Positions 1 through 7,769 of a stretch of 32,000 nt of DNA are shown here, in pieces. Each line of letters starts with the position of its first letter. Positions within the stretch are counted from its first letter, which is position 1. The notes below the pieces were generated by a model. That model had not been told where the DNA came from. It ran no database searches and saw only the letters and a program-made list of their open reading frames with translations. Both the position numbers and the translations under genes were made by a program. The stretch comes from Gemmata obscuriglobus (GTDB lineage: Bacteria; Planctomycetota; Planctomycetia; Gemmatales; Gemmataceae), in contig NZ_CP042911.1 in assembly GCF_008065095.1 (NCBI RefSeq), forward strand, positions 930,001-962,000, written 5' to 3'.

Positions 1-2029
1 CCGCGAGCAGCGCCAGCACCTGCACGGTTTTGCCCAGCCCCATGTCGTCGGCGAGGCACCCGCCGAACCCGAACTTGCGGAGGAACCGGAGCCAGCCCAG
101 CCCCTCGCGCTGGTACTCGCGCAGCTCGCCCTTGAACACCTTCGGCGGCGCGGCCGGTTCGATCCCCTGGAACCGTCGCAGCTCGTCGCGGGCGCGGGCG
201 AACTGCTTGTCGAACGTCACCTCGGGGCGGGCCGCCAGCAGCGCGTCGAGGACGCCGACCTGGGCGCGCGAGAACCGCACCGCGTCGCCCTCCACGGCGC
301 CCATCTGCGCGAGCAGCCCGTACTTCTTGAGCCACTCCTCGGGCACCATCCCGAAGCTGCCGTCGTCGAGCAGCACGCTCGTCTGCCCCTTGGTGAGCGC
401 TTCGAGCAGCCGGGGGAAGGGGACCGACCGGCCGTCGAAGTTGGCCGCCCCGCGCAGGTCGAACCAGTCGTTCTCGGTGCGCACCTCCATCCGGAAGTCG
501 TCGGCCTTGCGGTACAGCTTCCCTTCCGCTTCTACGGCCCAGCCGGCGGTCACCAGTTCGCGGGTGAGCTTCGGCAGCAGGGTCGGTTTGAGTTCGAGCG
601 GCGGCTCGCCGCCGCCCCAGCCGTAGGTGCCCTGCCGCACGCCGAGCCGGGTGAGTTCCTGCTCGGCGGCGCGCTCGACGGCCGCGTCCCGGAGCAGGAA
701 CCGACGGCTCCCGGGCTTGAACGCGCCGCGCGTCGGCGGGCGCACCGGGACGATCACGCCGTCGTAATCGAACGACAGCTCGGCGTTGAGCACGGGGGCG
801 CCGTAGTGCTGCTTCGCGGGCTTCACCACGAGCCGGGGCCGCGGCGCGACCGCCTCTTCCGTGACCCGCAACTCTTCGGGCAGGTCCAGGCGCGGCAGGG
901 TGGGCATCTGGAACAGTTGCGCGACCAGATCGTCGGACTTCGCAACGGGAACGGTGATCGCCCCGGCGCGGCGCAGCGTCGGCACCCAGGGGAACGCGCC
1001 CGCGTCGCTGAACCGGCCGAACCGCCCGTTCCACACGACGACCCCGGGGACCAGGAGCGCGGGCTCCGTCAGCCCCATCACCTCCGCGCCGCGGCGCAGG
1101 CTCCCGCCGAGCACCCACTCCTTGTCGCCGTCGCGCGTCACCCCGGCGGCCAGCTCCCACGGCGGTCCCGGGTCGGCGGTCAGGTCTTCCAGAACGACGG
1201 GCGGCGCCGGGTCGCGGCGCAGCTTCACGCGGCCGGTCTGGGCGAGCAGCGGCAGCACCGCTTCGAGCAGCGGCCCGGCCACGCGGTACCGCCCGGAGCT
1301 GGACCCGTAACTGGTCCCGTAGGGAGAGCCGTAATAGCCGTAACTGTCGCCGCGCTCGGCCCCGCCGAGTAGGGCGAGCAACTGCCGGTCGGTCGGGTCG
1401 GTCAGGGCCTCGATTTGTGCGTTCGTGAGGTACTGGAACTTCGGCTTGCCCCACTCGCCGTTGCGCTTCCGCTCCTGCGTGCCGACCTCCAGGACGAGCT
1501 TGCGGGCCGCTTCACTGGCCGGCACGTCGATGATGAACACGAGCTGCTGTTCGGTGGTCCGGACGGTCGGCCGTGTGCCGGTCGCCGGCTGGATCTCGCG
1601 GCTCACGGCGGCGAGCAGGTCGGCCCAGTTCTCTTTTTTCTTCTTGGGTGCCGCGGGAGCCGGGAGGCGCAGCGGGTACGGGTCGGCGTAATCGTCCTCG
1701 TAGAACGCCTCCTCGTCGAGCACCAGGTGCAGTGTCCCCTTGGCCGCGGCACTGCGGGCGAACGGCCCGGCGTCGGCCGCGATGACCGTCGCCCAGATGT
1801 GCTTGCAAATGGCCCCGTGCTCGGCGGTGTACGGGCAGGAGCATGCGGCGAAAACGGTCTGCCCCTCGAGCAGCAGATCGACCTCGTAGTCGTCGGCCCC
1901 CTCGACCGTCGCCGCGACGGCGTTGTGCGTCGTGCGGTCGAGGGTCACCGCCCCGTTCCGGTAGTACTCCCGCCCGCGATCGCGGATGGTCTGGGGGACT
2001 TGCGACGCCAGCGTGGTGAGGAGTGACAT
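1..2029 (-). CDS. SWIM zinc-finger + SNF2-family helicase/ATPase (N-terminal about 676 aa; 3-prime end lies beyond nt 1)
   Basis: Absent from the ORF track because it runs off the window. My minus-strand translation from the ATG at 2029-2027 stays open to nt 1. It reads MSLLTTLASQVPQTIRDRGREYYRNGAV...CSCPYTAEHGAICKHIW (CxC..CxH SWIM signature) ... ELREYQREGLGWLRFLRKFGFGGCLADDMGLGKTVQVLALLA (SNF2 Q-motif and motif I near nt 22-48). The + strand ORFs 30..626, 806..1372 and 1415..2026 are low-complexity antisense artefacts. Confidence 0.85.
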   Translation of the reverse strand, partial: MSLLTTLASQVPQTIRDRGREYYRNGAVTLDRTTHNAVAATVEGADDYEVDLLLEGQTVFAACSCPYTAEHGAICKHIWATVIAADAGPFARSAAAKGTLHLVLDEEAFYEDDYADPYPLRLPAPAAPKKKKENWADLLAAVSREIQPATGTRPTVRTTEQQLVFIIDVPASEAARKLVLEVGTQERKRNGEWGKPKFQYLTNAQIEALTDPTDRQLLALLGGAERGDSYGYYGSPYGTSYGSSSGRYRVAGPLLEAVLPLLAQTGRVKLRRDPAPPVVLEDLTADPGPPWELAAGVTRDGDKEWVLGGSLRRGAEVMGLTEPALLVPGVVVWNGRFGRFSDAGAFPWVPTLRRAGAITVPVAKSDDLVAQLFQMPTLPRLDLPEELRVTEEAVAPRPRLVVKPAKQHYGAPVLNAELSFDYDGVIVPVRPPTRGAFKPGSRRFLLRDAAVERAAEQELTRLGVRQGTYGWGGGEPPLELKPTLLPKLTRELVTAGWAVEAEGKLYRKADDFRMEVRTENDWFDLRGAANFDGRSVPFPRLLEALTKGQTSVLLDDGSFGMVPEEWLKKYGLLAQMGAVEGDAVRFSRAQVGVLDALLAARPEVTFDKQFARARDELRRFQGIEPAAPPKVFKGELREYQREGLGWLRFLRKFGFGGCLADDMGLGKTVQVLALLA

Positions 2030-2229
2030 GCGGAAATTGTAGCGGAGGTGGCCGGCGCGCAAGAGCGCAAACCGCGCCACTCGTTGACAAACGAAGGACC
2101 GCGTTCCTGCGCGGAACCCGGAGCGGATTCGGCCCGCGCAACGCCCCAGCCCTCGGGTGCGCGCCACCGAAACCGTTCAACGGCGGTCCGGAGGTTGGGT
2201 AGCCTGACACGCGATGGATGGGGTAAGAC

Positions 2230-2313
2230 GATTTTGACAGGATCGACAGGATGAACAGGATTTTAAACCGGTCGGTCTTTGATCCGGTGAATCCTGTCGA
2301 TCCTGTCAAAATC
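2230..2313. repeat. Palindromic intergenic element: perfect 23-nt inverted repeats (gattttgacaggatcgacaggat / atcctgtcgatcctgtcaaaatc) around a 38-nt spacer
   Basis: Arms at 2230-2252 and 2291-2313 are exact reverse complements. The left arm carries three direct (g/a)acaggat sub-repeats. The spacer adds accgg/ccggt pairing. It lies downstream of the minus-strand lipoprotein gene and could also act as its terminator, but there is no T-run. Confidence 0.7.
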
Positions 2314-2385
2314 TGTTTTCGTAAACGCGAGGCCCGTGCGGGGCGGAACGAAGCCGCGACCGCCTGTCCGCTCCGCCACCGTTTC

Positions 2386-2700
2386 TTACTTGATTCCGCC
2401 CTTCACCCGCGACACCGACACCGTAACCGGTGCGTTCGTCGGGGGCTTGCTGTCGGCGCTCAGCTCGTTGGTGAGCTTGCTGGCCGCTTCGCGGGCCGTC
2501 GCGTCGGTCACGTCGCCCGGGGTCACCAGCGCCGTCGGCAGCGACGGCGGGGTCGGCTTCACGGCCGGCGGCGGGGTCGGGTCGGTCTTGGGCGCCGCGG
2601 CCTTGGGCGCGGGCAAATGGTCGGCGAGCGGGCCGACGGGTTTGATCGAGTGGCAGCCGACGAGGGCCGCAATCCCCAGCGTGAAGAGCAGCGTTCTCAC
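2386..2700 (-). CDS. Small lipoprotein (104 aa)
   Basis: A GTG start at 2700 overlaps the upstream stop as GTGA. GGAGG lies 7 nt upstream. The N-terminus (M)RTLLFTLGIAALVGCHS has a lipobox (LVGC). This is the C-terminal part of track ORF 2386..3654, whose upstream portion is Arg/Gly-rich junk. Confidence 0.6.
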   Translation of the reverse strand: MRTLLFTLGIAALVGCHSIKPVGPLADHLPAPKAAAPKTDPTPPPAVKPTPPSLPTALVTPGDVTDATAREAASKLTNELSADSKPPTNAPVTVSVSRVKGGIK

Positions 2701-3278
2701 GGCTTCACCTCCCGGACGGGTGCATCGGGCACGAGCGGGGCGGCCGACGCGGTGCCGGTCACCGGCACCGGCGCGGCGGGCGCCACCAGCTTCGCGGCCG
2801 CGACCTTCGGGTCGAGTTCCTTTTCGGGCGCCAGGTCCAGCACGGCGCCCGACCCGGTCGGGAGCGGCGCCCGCGCGGCCTTCGGCGCGCCGAGCGCCGC
2901 GGTCCGCGCCTCGTACACCGCCTTCGCCTGCCGCTCCAACTCGTCCGCCTGCCGCATGAGTTCGTCGTCGTTCTTGTCGAACGCGGTCTGGCGGATCTTC
3001 AGGCACACCTCCATCCGCCGCAGCAGCGCGTCGGTCTCGGCCTGCACGGCGGCCCGCACCACGTCGGGCGCGAGCGTGGCCGTGCCCGGCGCCCGGGCCG
3101 GCGTCACCGGCCCGCTGCGGACCGTCGGCCCGGCCGGCTTCGGCCCGCTCACGAACAGCTTCTTGTACCACGGCCGCGCGTCGGCCGGCGGCCCGGAATC
3201 GGCCGCGCTGACCGGCGCCGCGGCGCCCGCCACGCCCCCGAGCGCGACGGCAACCACCCAGGCCCGAAATCGGCTCAT
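2697..3278 (-). CDS. Secreted coiled-coil-like hypothetical protein (193 aa)
   Basis: Track ORF 2697..3290. I prefer the ATG at 3278, which has a G-rich SD (ggggggaacc) just upstream; the alternative start is 3290. Signal-peptide-like MSRFRAWVVAVALGGVAGAAAPVSAAD. The charged helical middle reads ETDALLRRMEVCLKIRQTAFDKNDDELMRQADELERQAKAVYEA. Translationally coupled to the downstream lipoprotein. Confidence 0.6.
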   Translation of the reverse strand: MSRFRAWVVAVALGGVAGAAAPVSAADSGPPADARPWYKKLFVSGPKPAGPTVRSGPVTPARAPGTATLAPDVVRAAVQAETDALLRRMEVCLKIRQTAFDKNDDELMRQADELERQAKAVYEARTAALGAPKAARAPLPTGSGAVLDLAPEKELDPKVAAAKLVAPAAPVPVTGTASAAPLVPDAPVREVKP

Positions 3279-3589
3279 GGTTCCCCCCATGACTCGGCCG
3301 CCGGCGAGCCGGCGCCGAGCGCCGCGACCGCCGCGCGTCCCCCTTTAGTCGGCGCGGCCCCCGCGGGTCGTATGTGCTGTTAAGTGAGCTGCGTATGCCA
3401 GCGGGAACCGGGCGTGTAAAGCCCGACTCAGAGCGGCGTGTGATTGGCACCACCGGGCGGGAGGCCGGCGGCCTTCCCGGGTGGCGGGTGCCTTGGCGCG
3501 TGCATACAGAAACCTGTGAGCAACGACGGGGGCGCCCGTTTCGTTCCCACACGCCCCACGTTCTCCACAACCCGCGGGCGAGACCGGTT

Positions 3590-4606
3590 ATGGTGTTTGC
3601 GGATCCACCCTCGGCCGCACTGCAGCAGGCGCTACAGTTGCTCGCGGAGGGCAAGAGCGAGGACGCCGAGACGGCGGTAAAGAAGGCCGCGCAGTCGGCG
3701 AAGGCGAAGCACGGGTCCGGGTCGCCGCCGCTCGCCGCCGCCTACGCCGACATCGCCCAGCTGCACCTGAAGATGGGTCAGTACGGGAAGGCCGCGGTCG
3801 AGTTCCAGCACGCGTGCAAGGCGCCGCTCCCGGCCGACCCCGCGGGCCGGCAGGCGCGGCTCGGGTTCATGTTCGGGTTCGCCGAGGCCCTGGTCGCGCT
3901 GGGCCGGTTCGAGGAGGCCGAGAAGGTCCACCGGCAGTGCGGCGCGTTCGCGCGGAACCTGTTCGGCGCGAACGCGCCGCGGGCCGTCGCGACCAACGTC
4001 CCGCTGGCCGACGGGCTCTTGAAGGCGGGCAAGGCGGACGAGGCGCTCGCCGCCGCTCAGGAGGCTTACGACGCGCTCTGGCACCTCGGCGACGCGCTCA
4101 TCGCGTTCGCGGTCCCGGTGCGGGCCGAAGCGCTGAAGGCCGCGGGCCGGGCCGACAACCCGTTCGCCGACCTCGCCGACCTGCCCGACGAGTTGACCCA
4201 CCAAGCCGTTGCCGGGGTGCTGACGCGGGCCGGGAGCGGCGACCCGGTTCACGTTCGCGCGGTGCTGGCCGACCTGCTCGCGTTCGCGGACCAGAAGTAC
4301 GGCGACGGCCACGCCGTCATGTGCGACGTGCTGGCCGCCGTCGCGCACCACGAGGCCCGGCAGGGCGACCGCGCCGACGCGACCGTCCGCCGGGCTGCCG
4401 TGCGCCGGTCCGTGTGGGCGTTCGTGGTGCGCCGGCTCCCGGGCGGGCTGCTGGCGAACCTGGAGATCGGGTTCGAGCCGAACGGCACGATCCACCTCGT
4501 GCCGCACGTGTCCCGCGAGCCCAGCGTTCGCGAGGCCGAGCAGCTCGAAGCCGTTCTGACCGAGGCCGTCGACGACCTGTACTCGCGCCCCGCGCTGCCG
4601 GCGTAG
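3590..4606 (+). CDS. TPR-like helical-repeat protein (338 aa)
   Basis: In-frame ATG at 3590 within track ORF 3374..4606; the upstream part has non-protein-like composition. Helical repeat segments include AAAYADIAQLHLKMGQYGKAAVEFQHAC and FAEALVALGRFEEAEKVHRQC. No specific family recognised. Confidence 0.55.
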   Translation: MVFADPPSAALQQALQLLAEGKSEDAETAVKKAAQSAKAKHGSGSPPLAAAYADIAQLHLKMGQYGKAAVEFQHACKAPLPADPAGRQARLGFMFGFAEALVALGRFEEAEKVHRQCGAFARNLFGANAPRAVATNVPLADGLLKAGKADEALAAAQEAYDALWHLGDALIAFAVPVRAEALKAAGRADNPFADLADLPDELTHQAVAGVLTRAGSGDPVHVRAVLADLLAFADQKYGDGHAVMCDVLAAVAHHEARQGDRADATVRRAAVRRSVWAFVVRRLPGGLLANLEIGFEPNGTIHLVPHVSREPSVREAEQLEAVLTEAVDDLYSRPALPA

Positions 4607-4653
4607 CGGCCGGTAGCAACCGCTCCAAGAACGCTGCCTTCACCGAGGTGCCC

Positions 4654-6279
4654 ATGCGACCGGTTCTTTCCTTCGCGGCGGTCCTCGGCCTCGCGGCGCT
4701 CGCGGGCGCGCAAGACCCCAAGGCGCCGGCCCCGCGGCGGCTCCTGTTCATCCAGGCGAGCGGGTACCTGTACGTGAACCCGCTCGCCGCTCCGCCGGAC
4801 GGGGCCGGTCCGCCGCGCGCCGCCGAGCAGTTCGCTGCGGCCCTCCGTGTTCCCGTCGCAAAGGGCAACAACCAGCTCTTCGTCCTGACCGACACGTCCG
4901 CCGCCAGCCCGCACCCGACCCGGGCCGCTGTCGTGAGCGTACTCGACAGCTTCTGCGCCACGACGCGCGAACAGGACCGCGCCGTGATCGTTTTCAGTGG
5001 CCACGCCATCGAACGGGCCGGCGGCGCGTTCTTCGTCCCGCTCGACGGCGACCCGGACGCGCCGGCGACGCTCGTCACGGTCGCGGACGTGTACGCCCGG
5101 CTTGACAAGCTCAAGGCGGCGCAGAAGGTCGTGATCTGGGACGTGTGCCGGCACAACCCGGACCGGGTGCGCGGGCGCCGCGACGGCGGGCCGATGTCCG
5201 AGGGCCTGTTCAAGGCGCTGACGGCGGTGCCGCCGGGCGTTCAGGTGTTGGTGAGCTGTTCGCCGGGCGAGCGCGGACTGGAGTACGTTCCAACCAGGCT
5301 GCAAACGGGTAGCGCGTACCTCGACGCGCTGCGTCTGACGGCCGCGGACGAGTTCGCGCGACTCGGCGCGGCCGACCTCATCCCGGTGGACGCCTGGAAC
5401 CAGGGCGCCGCAAAGACGCTCGTGGCTGCGGCGGTGGCGACGGGGTTGCGCGGCGCGAAGCAAACGCCGGTCGCGGTCGGGGCCGCGCCCAAAGCGCCGG
5501 CGCCGTTCGACCCGAAGGCGGCACCGGCCCGGCGGTTCGACCTGCCCGAGCCGCCGAAGGCGCCGGCGGCCGACGTGAAAGCGGTGCTCGACGAACTCGC
5601 GCTGCCGCCGCTGTTCGAGGCCGACCGGTCGCAGGTGGGTGCGGTCCCGTTCGCCCCGGACGCGCTGAAGGGCGCCGCGCCGGACGTGTCGGTTGAAGAG
5701 GTGCTCAAGGCCGCCGAGAAGTACCCGTTGCGGGCGGCGGTGCTTCGCTCGCTCCAGGCGGTGCGCGAGGTGTGGCCGCGGGGTGGGAAGGAAGCGAAGG
5801 GCGTGACCCCGCTCGCCGCCCCGGTCGCGGAGCGGACCAAGAAGGCGATCAGCGACGCCCAACAGCTGCTGGCCGAGGCGGTGCTGAGGTTGGAGGCCGA
5901 ACTGGAGGCGCTCCGAGCGGTAGAGGGGCACCGGGCGAAGGAGACGCGGCGGTGGCAGGCCCACTACGACCTCACCCTGGCGGAGGTGCGGCTGCGGCTG
6001 GTGGTGCTGAACGAGTACAACCTGCTGCTGGCGCGGGTGCGAACGGAGACGCTGCCGGACCTGCCCCCCGGCGCGCCGGGGTGGCGGCTGACCGCCGGCG
6101 ACAAGCTCACGTCGCGCAAGGAGATGAAGGACCTGTTGGCGGCGGCACAGGAAGGGTTCGAGAAGGTGGCGGCCGACCACAAGGGGACGCCGTGGGAGGT
6201 GCTCGCGCGGCGGTCGCGGGCCACCGTGCCCGGGCTGCGCTGGGAACCGCTCCCGGCCCCGAAGACAACGGATCAGTAA
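4654..6279 (+). CDS. Exported caspase-like (peptidase C14-like) domain protein with long helical C-terminal region (541 aa)
   Basis: ATG at 4654 within track ORF 3814..6279; the upstream 280 codons are Arg/Gly/Pro junk. Signal peptide MRPVLSFAAVLGLAALAGAQD. The caspase-family layout is RRLLFIQASGY, then AVIVFSGHA (His codon 5002-5004), then FFVPLDGD, then KVVIWDVCRHNP (Cys codon 5146-5148), then VLVSCSPGERGLEY. This resembles the bacterial orthocaspase pattern (FSGHG ... DACRNNP ... ATxPG). Recognised from memory of the family, not from a search. Confidence 0.6.
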   Translation: MRPVLSFAAVLGLAALAGAQDPKAPAPRRLLFIQASGYLYVNPLAAPPDGAGPPRAAEQFAAALRVPVAKGNNQLFVLTDTSAASPHPTRAAVVSVLDSFCATTREQDRAVIVFSGHAIERAGGAFFVPLDGDPDAPATLVTVADVYARLDKLKAAQKVVIWDVCRHNPDRVRGRRDGGPMSEGLFKALTAVPPGVQVLVSCSPGERGLEYVPTRLQTGSAYLDALRLTAADEFARLGAADLIPVDAWNQGAAKTLVAAAVATGLRGAKQTPVAVGAAPKAPAPFDPKAAPARRFDLPEPPKAPAADVKAVLDELALPPLFEADRSQVGAVPFAPDALKGAAPDVSVEEVLKAAEKYPLRAAVLRSLQAVREVWPRGGKEAKGVTPLAAPVAERTKKAISDAQQLLAEAVLRLEAELEALRAVEGHRAKETRRWQAHYDLTLAEVRLRLVVLNEYNLLLARVRTETLPDLPPGAPGWRLTAGDKLTSRKEMKDLLAAAQEGFEKVAADHKGTPWEVLARRSRATVPGLRWEPLPAPKTTDQ

Positions 6280-6309
6280 ACGCTGTCGCCGGAAGGTAAG
6301 GAGCGGGGT

Positions 6310-6789
6310 ATGAACCCGGCGTGGCGCACGGGTACGGTGGCGGCGCTGTGCCGTCGGATGCTGGACACCCGCGAGTTCGACGCGCTGCCGATCCTCGCGG
6401 ACGCGCTCCAGGACGCCGGGTGTACGGACCCGGAAATACTCACCTCGTGCCAGGACGGGACGCTGAGCCGGGCGCGGGCCGAGCGGTTGGTGAACCTGAT
6501 GTACTCGGACGAGACCGCCGCCGCGGTGCGCTGGCTCGAGCAGTTCGTCCGCGACATCGATCACTGCGACGCCGAGGGCAATCCGGCCGACACCTACGAG
6601 AGCGCCGTCGAGATCGGCCGTACCGGGCTCGATCAGGGGCACATCACGTTCGTGTCCATCGAAGGCGCTCACTTCTTTTGGCAGAGCGACAACAACCGGC
6701 GGGCCTTCTTCCGCAACTGGTCGCTCGTCACCGGCGTGGCGGTCCCGGACGACCAGCAGGCGCGCATCACGTTCAGTTGCACCTGCTGA
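6310..6789 (+). CDS. Short-form paralog A: N-terminal PILADALQDAGC module + variable region + FFRNWSLVTGV box, ends SCTC (159 aa)
   Basis: Track ORF 6310..6789, with aaggag 8 nt upstream of the ATG. Nt 6355-6558 match 7283-7486 with one mismatch. Confidence 0.75.
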   Translation: MNPAWRTGTVAALCRRMLDTREFDALPILADALQDAGCTDPEILTSCQDGTLSRARAERLVNLMYSDETAAAVRWLEQFVRDIDHCDAEGNPADTYESAVEIGRTGLDQGHITFVSIEGAHFFWQSDNNRRAFFRNWSLVTGVAVPDDQQARITFSCTC

Positions 6790-6899
6790 TCGCGCAGTCG
6801 TTCCTGGCTCGCGCGGGCCGGCCGCGCACATTGCGACAGGCTCGCGGCTCAGGTAACCTACTCACCACACCACGAGCGCCCGGACCCGCGGAGGGACGC

Positions 6900-7241
6900 A
6901 TGACTTTGCCGATCGGCAGACTGATCGACGGCGACGAGGGCCGCGATGCGGTCCACGTTGCCATCGCGCCCACGACGGCCCCGTGCGAGTTGCAGCCGGG
7001 CCAGCACGTCGACCCGCGCGGGCACCCGGAAGGACCGGGCGTCGTGCCGGTGGGGATCGTTGACCCGTTCCTGCGCGAACCGGTCCCCGCCGGCCGGCGG
7101 TTCTGGCTGTTCCTGTACCCCAACACCGTAACCACCCTGCGGCACGAGTGGTCGCACCCGGCGTACCCTACCAACTCCCCCGCCGAAGTGAACCAGGCGA
7201 TTCAGGACTATCTCACCCAGAGAAAGAGGGCCCAGGCATGA
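6900..7241 (+). CDS. Conserved-looking small hypothetical protein (113 aa)
   Basis: In-frame ATG at 6900 of track ORF 6321..7241, with ggaggga upstream. MTLPIGRLIDGDEGRDAVHVAIAPTTAPCELQPGQHV...GIVDPFLREPVPAGRRFWLFLYPNTVTTLRHEWSHPAY. The stop overlaps the next start as ATGA (7238-7241). Confidence 0.6.
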   Translation: MTLPIGRLIDGDEGRDAVHVAIAPTTAPCELQPGQHVDPRGHPEGPGVVPVGIVDPFLREPVPAGRRFWLFLYPNTVTTLRHEWSHPAYPTNSPAEVNQAIQDYLTQRKRAQA

Positions 7242-7747
7242 ACCCGGAGTGGCGGACCGGGACGGTGCTGGCGCTGTGCCGGCGGATGCTGGACACCCGC
7301 GAGTTCGACGCGCTGCCGATCCTCGCGGACGCGCTCCAGGACGCCGGGTGTACGGACCCGGAAATACTCACCTCGTGCCAGGACGGGACGCTGAGCCGGG
7401 CGCGGGCCGAGCGGTTGGTGAACCTGATGTACTCGGACGAGACCGCCGCTGCGGTGCGCTGGCTCGAGCAGTTCGTCCGCGACATCAACTACAACGACTA
7501 CAAGGACGAGAACGACGAGGTCGGTACGCCGAGCGACACCAACCCGCACACCTACGAGTACGCCATTGAGGCCGGGCGGAGCGGCCTCGAAGAGGGGGAC
7601 ATGTACTTCGGCTCCGACGCCGGGGCCGACTTCTTCCTGGAGAGCGACGACAACATGCGGACGTTCTTCCGCAACTGGTCGCTCGTCACCGGCGTCCCGG
7701 TTTCGGACGAGGACCAGGGCGACATTGATGTCCGTTGCGGCTGCTGA
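7238..7747 (+). CDS. Short-form paralog B: same N-terminal module, acidic variable region, FFRNWSLVTGV box, ends RCGC (169 aa)
   Basis: ATG at 7238 inside track ORF 7148..7747. MNPEWRTGTVLALCRRMLDTREFDALPILADALQDAGCTDPEILTSCQDG... 4-nt ATGA overlap with the upstream gene. Confidence 0.75.
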   Translation: MNPEWRTGTVLALCRRMLDTREFDALPILADALQDAGCTDPEILTSCQDGTLSRARAERLVNLMYSDETAAAVRWLEQFVRDINYNDYKDENDEVGTPSDTNPHTYEYAIEAGRSGLEEGDMYFGSDAGADFFLESDDNMRTFFRNWSLVTGVPVSDEDQGDIDVRCGC

Positions 7748-7769
7748 TGGTTTTGGTGTTGAGTGTGGT

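Noticed and set aside
3814-4653. N-terminal 280-codon extension of the caspase-like ORF, overlapping the TPR-like gene out of frame
   Set aside because: The composition is extreme (R/G/P/A). A clean signal peptide begins at the internal ATG at 4654, and the overlapped frame 3590-4606 is the protein-like one.
4249-6831. 860-aa minus-strand ORF, the longest in the track
   Set aside because: It is antisense to three + strand genes that have protein-like sequences and recognisable motifs. Its own translation is Arg/Pro/Gly/His-rich low complexity. This is a typical high-GC antisense open frame.
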